From IMG/VR virus record IMGVR_UViG_3300045988_129965, positions 1-46,435 of that record: DNA of 46,435 bases; one strand, 5' to 3'. The position numbers and the translations under genes are program-made. Positions 40,666 through 46,435 of this stretch are shown here, piece by piece. How positions within the stretch are numbered: the stretch's first letter is position 1; each line of letters opens with the position of its first letter. The DNA comes from a virus. The notes under the pieces were generated by a model. The model was not told the origin of the DNA. It saw only the letters and a program-made list of their open reading frames with translations, and did no database searches.

Positions 40666-40830
40666 ATGCGACCGATCGACAAAGACGCGATGATCACCCT
40701 GAAAGTGCTCCGCGGCCGCCTGACCGGGCAGCAGTACAGCACGCTGAAAGGGCAAATTTTGTCAGGCGATGCCGACGGCGCCATGAAGGGGCTGCGCAAG
40801 CTGATAAAACGAGAGGGTGATATCAGATGA
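40666..40830 (+). CDS. Small hypothetical protein (54 aa)
   Basis: The stop overlaps the primase ATG (ATGA). Confidence 0.45.
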   Translation: MRPIDKDAMITLKVLRGRLTGQQYSTLKGQILSGDADGAMKGLRKLIKREGDIR

Positions 40831-43208
40831 CCCTGCAATACGACCGGGCGCTCAGGATTGCCCTGGGCACCGGCCGAAAGACCAAGCGCTGGAAAAACCG
40901 CACGATGCAATGGTCTGAGCTCCTGGACCGGCTGGGCCATTTCGTCGTGACCAATGAGACGGTGGCTCAGTACAAGGCCATGAGCCGCGACCGGCAGGCC
41001 GAGATCAAGGACGTGGGCGGCTTTGTGGGCGGCTACTGCAAGGACGGCAGCCGCAAAAACGTGGTCAGCCGATCGGTTTTGTGCCTGGACGCCGACTACG
41101 CGGACGGCGATCTGTGGCCCGACTGGCAGCTGCTCTACGACTGCGCATCGGCCGTTTACTCTACGCACAAGCACACCCCGGAGGCGCCGCGCGTGCGCCT
41201 GGTGGTGCCCCTCGCCCGGGACGTTGACCCCGACGAGTACGCCGCCGTCGCGCGCCGTGTGGCCGCAGACCTGGGCATTGACAAGTTTGACGATACCACC
41301 TACGGCGTGGACCGGCTGATGTACTGGCCAAGCCGCTCGGCTGACGGCGAGCAGGTATTCCGCTATCAGGACGGGGAGTTCCTGGACCCCGACGCGGTGC
41401 TTGCCCGGTACGACGACTGGCACGACATCAGCACCTGGCCGGTGAGCCACCGCGTGGCCGACGTTGTGCGAAAGAGCGCCGCCCGGCAAAAGGACCCGCT
41501 GGAAAAGGGCGGCCTTGTGGGCGCGTTCTGCCGCACCTACGGCATCGAGGAGGCCATTGCCAAGTACCTGCCGGACGTGTACCTGCCCTGCGACGAGCCG
41601 GGCCGCTACACCTATGCGGGCGGCAGCACGGCCGCCGGCGCCGTGGTGTACGAGGATAAATTCATCTACAGCCACCACGCCACGGACCCCGCCAGCGGGC
41701 AGCTGTGCAACGCCTGGGACGCCGTGCGGCTGCACCGGTTCCTGGACCTGGACGAAAACAAGGACCCGGACACCCCGGCCGTAAGGCTCCCAAGCTACCA
41801 GGCCATGGCCGAGCTGGCCATGCAGGATGAAAACGTTCGCACCACGGCCGTCAACGACCGAATGAATGACACGGGCGGCGACTTTGACGTCCTGCCCGAC
41901 GACGACCCGGACGCCTGGAAAAAGGACCTCGATCTCACCCAGGACGGCGGTATCCGGTCGAGCCTGGCCAATATCCGCCTGATCCTGGAGCATGACCCAT
42001 CGCTCAAGGGCTGCCTTGCCTACGACGAGCTGGACATGCTGCCCGCCGTCCGGCGCGATCTGCCCTGGCGCGAGGCGCGCGATCGGCGCGGCCGCACCTG
42101 GCAGAACAGCGACGACGCGAACCTGCGTTTGTATATGGAGCGCGTGTACGGCATTACCGGCAAGGAAAAGATCCTCGACGGCGTGGACACCACGGCCAAC
42201 GCCCACCGCTTTCACCCGATTCGCGAGTACATCCGGGCGGCGGAGTGGGACGGCGCACCCCGCGTGGATACGCTGCTCATCCGTTACCTGGGCGCCGAGG
42301 ACACGGCCTATGTGCGCGCCGTCACCCGCAAGACGCTGGTGGCCGCCGTGGCCCGCGTGTTCCGGCCGGGCATCAAGTTTGACTACATGCTCACCATCCG
42401 CGGCAAACAGGGCATCGGCAAGTCTGCGCTGCTCAGCCGCCTGGCGGGCGAATGGTTCTCGGACAGCTTTTCCACCATGCAGGGCAAGGAGGCCTATGAG
42501 CAGGTGCGCCGCGCCTGGATCATCGAGGTAGGCGAGCTGGCCGGCATGAAAAAGGCCGAGGCCGAGACCATCAAGCTGTTTATCTCCAAGCAGGAGGATC
42601 AATACCGGCCGGCCTATGGCCGCCAGGTGGAGGTTTTCCCGCGGCAGTGCATCTTTATCGGCACGACCAACGAATCCGAGTTTTTACGCGATACCACCGG
42701 CAACCGCCGCTTCTGGGTGGTGGACACCCCGAACAGCGACGGGCGCATCGATTTTCGCCCCGAGCTCACCCAGGACGTCGTGCATCAGATCTGGGCGGAG
42801 GCCTACACCTACTATAAGCAGGGCGAAACGCTGTACCTGTCGGGCGAGCTGGACGCCGAGGCCGCGATCACGCAGGCCGCTCATGCCGAGCACGACGAGC
42901 GCGAGGGCATGGTGCTGGATTATTTGGACCGCAAGCTGCCGGCTGGCTGGGACGGCATGGGGCTGTACGAGCGCCGGGAGTGGCTGGAGTCCGACGCCCG
43001 CGGCACGGTGCCGCGGCGCTATGTGTGCCGGATGGAAATCTGGTGCGAGGTGTTTGGCAATCCGCCGGGCAAGTATTCGACCTTCGAGGGCAAGACGATC
43101 CACGCGATCCTGGAGGCCTGCGGCTGGCATTATCAAAAATACCCGCGCCGGTTCCCCGAGTACGGCGCACAGCGGGCTTATGTAAAGGGAGGGGAAGCAG
43201 ATGCTTGA
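40827..43208 (+). CDS. Primase-polymerase / VirE-type P-loop helicase (replicative primase-helicase)
   Basis: 793 aa with Walker A GKQGIGKS and VirE-like C-terminal half motifs. Confidence 0.85.
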   Translation: MTLQYDRALRIALGTGRKTKRWKNRTMQWSELLDRLGHFVVTNETVAQYKAMSRDRQAEIKDVGGFVGGYCKDGSRKNVVSRSVLCLDADYADGDLWPDWQLLYDCASAVYSTHKHTPEAPRVRLVVPLARDVDPDEYAAVARRVAADLGIDKFDDTTYGVDRLMYWPSRSADGEQVFRYQDGEFLDPDAVLARYDDWHDISTWPVSHRVADVVRKSAARQKDPLEKGGLVGAFCRTYGIEEAIAKYLPDVYLPCDEPGRYTYAGGSTAAGAVVYEDKFIYSHHATDPASGQLCNAWDAVRLHRFLDLDENKDPDTPAVRLPSYQAMAELAMQDENVRTTAVNDRMNDTGGDFDVLPDDDPDAWKKDLDLTQDGGIRSSLANIRLILEHDPSLKGCLAYDELDMLPAVRRDLPWREARDRRGRTWQNSDDANLRLYMERVYGITGKEKILDGVDTTANAHRFHPIREYIRAAEWDGAPRVDTLLIRYLGAEDTAYVRAVTRKTLVAAVARVFRPGIKFDYMLTIRGKQGIGKSALLSRLAGEWFSDSFSTMQGKEAYEQVRRAWIIEVGELAGMKKAEAETIKLFISKQEDQYRPAYGRQVEVFPRQCIFIGTTNESEFLRDTTGNRRFWVVDTPNSDGRIDFRPELTQDVVHQIWAEAYTYYKQGETLYLSGELDAEAAITQAAHAEHDEREGMVLDYLDRKLPAGWDGMGLYERREWLESDARGTVPRRYVCRMEIWCEVFGNPPGKYSTFEGKTIHAILEACGWHYQKYPRRFPEYGAQRAYVKGGEADA

Positions 43209-43593
43209 AAAAGAACTGGAGCGCAAGCTCCGCTACTACGTTGAGACAGGGCTGGGCGGGCGGTGTATGAAATGGGTGAGCCCAGGCAACCGCGGCGTGC
43301 CCGACCGCATCGTGCTGCTGCCCGGCGGCCGTGTGGCCTTCATTGAAATGAAGCGCCCTGGCGGCCGCGTGGACCCGCTGCAGGAGTACTGGCACAAGCA
43401 GCTGCGAAGCCTGGGCTACCCGGTGTATGTGATCTACACGCTGGACGACCTGCTGAGCGTGCTCAGGGCGCTCAAGCACCTGGAGCCCCCTGACGCCCGG
43501 GAGCTTATGCAGGCACGCAAGGCCCTCGATGAGACGACCGCCGAGCTGCGTTATTGGCGAAGCGAATACAACCGGCTGGCCGCGAAGGAGTGA
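43201..43593 (+). CDS. VRR-NUC domain nuclease
   Basis: The segment GVPDRIVLLPGGRVAFIEMKRPGG matches the D..ExK core. Confidence 0.8.
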   Translation: MLEKELERKLRYYVETGLGGRCMKWVSPGNRGVPDRIVLLPGGRVAFIEMKRPGGRVDPLQEYWHKQLRSLGYPVYVIYTLDDLLSVLRALKHLEPPDARELMQARKALDETTAELRYWRSEYNRLAAKE

Positions 43594-43599
43594 CGGCCG

Positions 43600-44961
43600 A
43601 TGCGCTATACCCCGTACCCCTTCCAGCTCAAGGCCATCCAGTGGATTCTGGACCGCCCGGCAGCGGGGCTTTTCCTGGGCATGGGCTGCGGCAAAACCGT
43701 GTGCACGCTGACCGCCATTGACCAGCTGATCTACGACCGCATGGAGGTAAACAAGGTGCTGGTCATCGCGCCCCTGCGGGTGGCGCAGGATACCTGGGCC
43801 AAGGAGGCCACAAAGTGGGATCATCTGCGCCATCTGCGCATCGCGCGCATGACCGGCCCGGCCGACAAACGCCTGGCCGCCCTGACAAACGAGGCCGATG
43901 TGTACGTGATCAACCGCGAAAATGTATGCTGGCTGTGTGAAAATGTCAAGGACTGGCCCTTTGACATGGTGGTGATCGACGAGCTGAGCAGCTTCAAGTC
44001 CGCCCAGGCCAAGCGCTTCAAGGCGCTGCGCAGGCGACTGGGCAGCGTGCGGCGCATCGTCGGCCTGACCGGCACGCCGGCGCCCAACGGTCTGATCGAC
44101 CTGTGGCCACAGATCTACCTATTGGACCGCGGCGCGCGCCTGGGCAAAACGCTGACGGCCTACCGCAGCGCCTACTTTGCCCCCGACCGCATGAACGGCC
44201 CGGTGGTATACAGCTACCGGCTGCTGCCGGGTGCGGAGGACACGATTCACGGCAGGATCGCCGATCTGTGCATGAGCCTGAAAAAGGAGGATTACCTCAG
44301 CCTCCCGGGCCAGATTTACGAGGACGTGGAGCTGACGCCGCCGCCGGCGCTGCTGCGGCAATACCGCAAGTTTGAGCGTGACCACGTGCTGCCCGCCCTG
44401 GACGGCTCGGGCGATATCGTAGCCCTGAACGCCGCGAGCCTGACGGGAAAGCTCCTGCAGTACGCCAACGGCGCGATCTACGATGACGAGCGCGGCGTGC
44501 ATACGGTGCACAACCTGAAGCTCGACGCCCTGGAGGAACTGATCGAGGCGGCGGCCGGCGAGCCCGTGCTGGTATTCTACGCCTTCCGGCACGACCGCGA
44601 CCGCATCAAGGCGCGCATCCCCTGCCGGGAGCTTTCCACCAGCGCCGACATTGACGCCTGGAATAAGAAAGAGATCCCCGTTGCCATCGCCCACCCGGCC
44701 AGCGTCGGCCACGGCCTCAACCTGCAGGAGGGCGGGCACATCATCATCTGGTTTGGCCTGACGTGGAGCCTGGAGCTGTACCAGCAGGCCAATGAGCGGC
44801 TCAACCGCCCCGGCCAGACAAGCGTCTGCCGGATCTATCACCTGATACTCAAGGGCACGCATGACGAGCGCGTGCTGGCGGCCCTCAAGGCCAAGGATAC
44901 CAGCCAGCGCGCCCTGATCGAGGCCCTAAAGCAAAGCATAAAGGAGGACACAGAAAAATGA
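43600..44961 (+). CDS. SNF2-family helicase
   Basis: Walker A-like GMGCGKT, DExx box VIDELSSF, and helicase C-terminal motifs. Confidence 0.88.
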   Translation: MRYTPYPFQLKAIQWILDRPAAGLFLGMGCGKTVCTLTAIDQLIYDRMEVNKVLVIAPLRVAQDTWAKEATKWDHLRHLRIARMTGPADKRLAALTNEADVYVINRENVCWLCENVKDWPFDMVVIDELSSFKSAQAKRFKALRRRLGSVRRIVGLTGTPAPNGLIDLWPQIYLLDRGARLGKTLTAYRSAYFAPDRMNGPVVYSYRLLPGAEDTIHGRIADLCMSLKKEDYLSLPGQIYEDVELTPPPALLRQYRKFERDHVLPALDGSGDIVALNAASLTGKLLQYANGAIYDDERGVHTVHNLKLDALEELIEAAAGEPVLVFYAFRHDRDRIKARIPCRELSTSADIDAWNKKEIPVAIAHPASVGHGLNLQEGGHIIIWFGLTWSLELYQQANERLNRPGQTSVCRIYHLILKGTHDERVLAALKAKDTSQRALIEALKQSIKEDTEK

Positions 44962-45464
44962 GCAAGATCCATGTCACCGAGGAAATGCGCCCCGAAAAGG
45001 ATTGGTTCGGGGAGGCGAAAGGGCAGACGCTTGAAACGCTCCCGGCCTTTATCAACCACATCATGGGCGACTATGAGCATGACTACGGCACGGTCTGCCA
45101 CGCCGTCGCCGCCTGCGCCCTTGCGGCGGCATATGCTGCAAACAACAGTGAAAACGGCGGTATCACGGGATTTCAGGCTTCGTTTGTGATGCGGGATTTT
45201 ATCCGGCAGTGGGAGAAGCCGAATAACAAAACCGCCCTGCGGTTGGTGGATTACGACGATATGCTGTACCCGCAGTACGCCGACAGGTTTGAAAAGACGA
45301 TCCCCCGCAGCATATGGGTTGACCTTCAAAACGAGGCGGTGACAAAGCTCGGCGCTGCGGCTGAACCTGCCGACGGCCACGAGGTCTGCGGCGCGGTCGT
45401 TGAACACTGGAAAAGCATTGCAGACGGGAAAGTGCCCTTCGGCTACACCATAGAGGAGGATTGA
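44958..45464 (+). CDS. Hypothetical protein (168 aa)
   Basis: ATGA-coupled start and coding-like composition. Confidence 0.55.
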   Translation: MSKIHVTEEMRPEKDWFGEAKGQTLETLPAFINHIMGDYEHDYGTVCHAVAACALAAAYAANNSENGGITGFQASFVMRDFIRQWEKPNNKTALRLVDYDDMLYPQYADRFEKTIPRSIWVDLQNEAVTKLGAAAEPADGHEVCGAVVEHWKSIADGKVPFGYTIEED

Positions 45465-45468
45465 CCCC

Positions 45469-45769
45469 ATGCCCACCCTGGAATGGTTTGTGCGCACGCT
45501 CAACGGCTGCATCCGCGAGAAAAAGCCCTTCCTTGCCTACTGGCATATGGACGGCTACTGCGTGCTCTACACCGGCACGGTCACGCGCACAAAGTATGGC
45601 AAGGCGCAAACCTTTATCCGGCTGCGAAACGGCTATGGCCGACTTGTTCGGGGAGTGGGTACCAGACGAGTGGATTGCGGAGGTGTTTAAGGCTTGTGAT
45701 GCTGCACCGTGGCACAGGTATCTGTTTCTGACGAAAAACCCGACGCGGTATTGGGAGGCGAAATTATGA
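45469..45769 (+). pseudogene. Frameshifted, C-terminally truncated remnant of a DUF5131 (Gp37/Gp68)-like gene
   Basis: Frame A encodes ...KAQTFIRLRNG. The +1 frame continues with MADLFGEWVPDEWIAEVFKACDAAPWHRYLFLTKNPTRY, which matches the family core SMSDLF...LTKRP. Confidence 0.5.
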
Positions 45770-46347
45770 TTGACAAATCCTTGCGCATAGCTACGGCAGA
45801 ACGCTTAGGTGATCTTATCGTAGTGCGTATGACGGGCGGCGAGGACTGTCTGTGGTTGAATATGTACCTTGACAAAACGACAGGGCAGATGATATGCGAC
45901 AGCGATATTGGCAGTTATGCCTATCACTGGGGACGGCATACCAGCAAATCCCAAAGCTGGACGGATTTCTGCTGCCAATGGCTGTCCAACAGCGAGTGGC
46001 TACTGCGCAAGTGCTGCGGAGAGCGACACGCGGAAAAGGCTTTTTCCGCAGGCGATAGCGCAGCTGCGCTGCGAGAAATGTACAAAGAGGCGAATGGCGA
46101 AGAATGCGACATGGACGATTTGGACGATGCAATCGACGTTGCTTATGCCTATGACAACGCGCGCAGTTGGTGTGCTGCACTGTGCATAGCGGCAGACGAA
46201 AGAAACGTAGAATTGCCGGAAGAATGGTGGTGCTGTATATGCGAGGACTACACGGCTTGGCAAAAGCGGTTTGCAGAAATCTGCCGAGAGGTGATCGTTC
46301 CGGCGATTCGAGCAATGGAATCCGGGGAGGCGTGCAATGATGGCTGA
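45766..46347 (+). CDS. Hypothetical Cys/Trp-rich protein (193 aa)
   Basis: ATGA-coupled start in a visibly lower-GC segment. Confidence 0.55.
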   Translation: MIDKSLRIATAERLGDLIVVRMTGGEDCLWLNMYLDKTTGQMICDSDIGSYAYHWGRHTSKSQSWTDFCCQWLSNSEWLLRKCCGERHAEKAFSAGDSAAALREMYKEANGEECDMDDLDDAIDVAYAYDNARSWCAALCIAADERNVELPEEWWCCICEDYTAWQKRFAEICREVIVPAIRAMESGEACNDG

Positions 46348-46435
46348 CAATGGTATCGTGTCGAGTTGCCCATATTGCACGCCTGGATTCAACGTGAAAC
46401 TTGCGCAGAGAGCACCGGACGAAAGCGGCATCGAA
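46337..46435 (+). CDS. 5' part of the junction-spanning small Zn-ribbon protein (continues at 56..184)
   Basis: ATGATG start overlapping the upstream gene end. The frame is continuous through the terminal overlap. Confidence 0.6.
   Translation, partial: MMADNGIVSSCPYCTPGFNVKLAQRAPDESGIE
46381..46435. repeat. 55-bp terminal overlap, identical to 1..55
   Basis: Exact match to the window start. Confidence 0.95.

Overview
The window is a complete, circularly closed genome of a temperate, GC-rich, Firmicutes/Clostridia-type phage with a contractile tail. Its first 55 bp are identical to its last 55 bp, so the unique length is about 46,380 bp. All family calls rest on motif recognition by eye; no database search was run.

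Gene order, nearly all on the + strand:
- 1-3485: the end of the early operon, made of many tiny Zn-ribbon and hypothetical ORFs, ending with a sigma-region-4/ArpU-RinA-like late regulator at 3060-3485.
- 3486-4000: a repeat-dense regulatory region.
- 4040-8110: orphan DNA methyltransferase, terS, terL and an SPP1-like portal.
- 8238-10076: a MuF/gp7 head protein with an HExxH C-terminal extension.
- 10300-11300: a terminator-bounded island carrying a tRNA.
- 11306-15015: scaffold, capsid and neck genes.
- 15035-28312: a PBSX/Xkd-like tail module with sheath, tube, frameshifted chaperone, 1270-aa tape measure, LysM protein, baseplate and fibres.
- 28384-29755: holins and a CHAP-LysM endolysin.
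- 29766-30563: a calcineurin-like metallophosphatase.
- 30595-34042: minus-strand genes, namely a 44-aa basic ORF, a large serine integrase, a membrane-anchored HTH protein and a cI-like XRE repressor.
- 34066-34437: a divergent promoter switch with palindromic operators.
- 34210-46347: cro-like gene, BRO-N antirepressor and a replication module (DUF2800-like nuclease, DUF2815-like SSB, family A polymerase, VirE-type primase-helicase, VRR-NUC, SNF2 helicase).

Most notable unexplained signals:
- A roughly 130-bp intergenic module is present twice in direct orientation (3561-3689 and 32515-32649), embedded in arrays of helically phased TGTAG(T/A) repeats and long TTTTGTAGTCA...TGACTACAAA palindromes. 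It lies next to both the late promoter and the integrase gene.
- The likely late promoter has three ATGTCA boxes at exact 10-bp phasing and is followed by two terminator-plus-RBS modules that bracket the methyltransferase cassette.
- The MuF-HExxH fusion has a small downstream partner ORF.
- Several accessory genes look frameshifted, while every long essential gene is intact.
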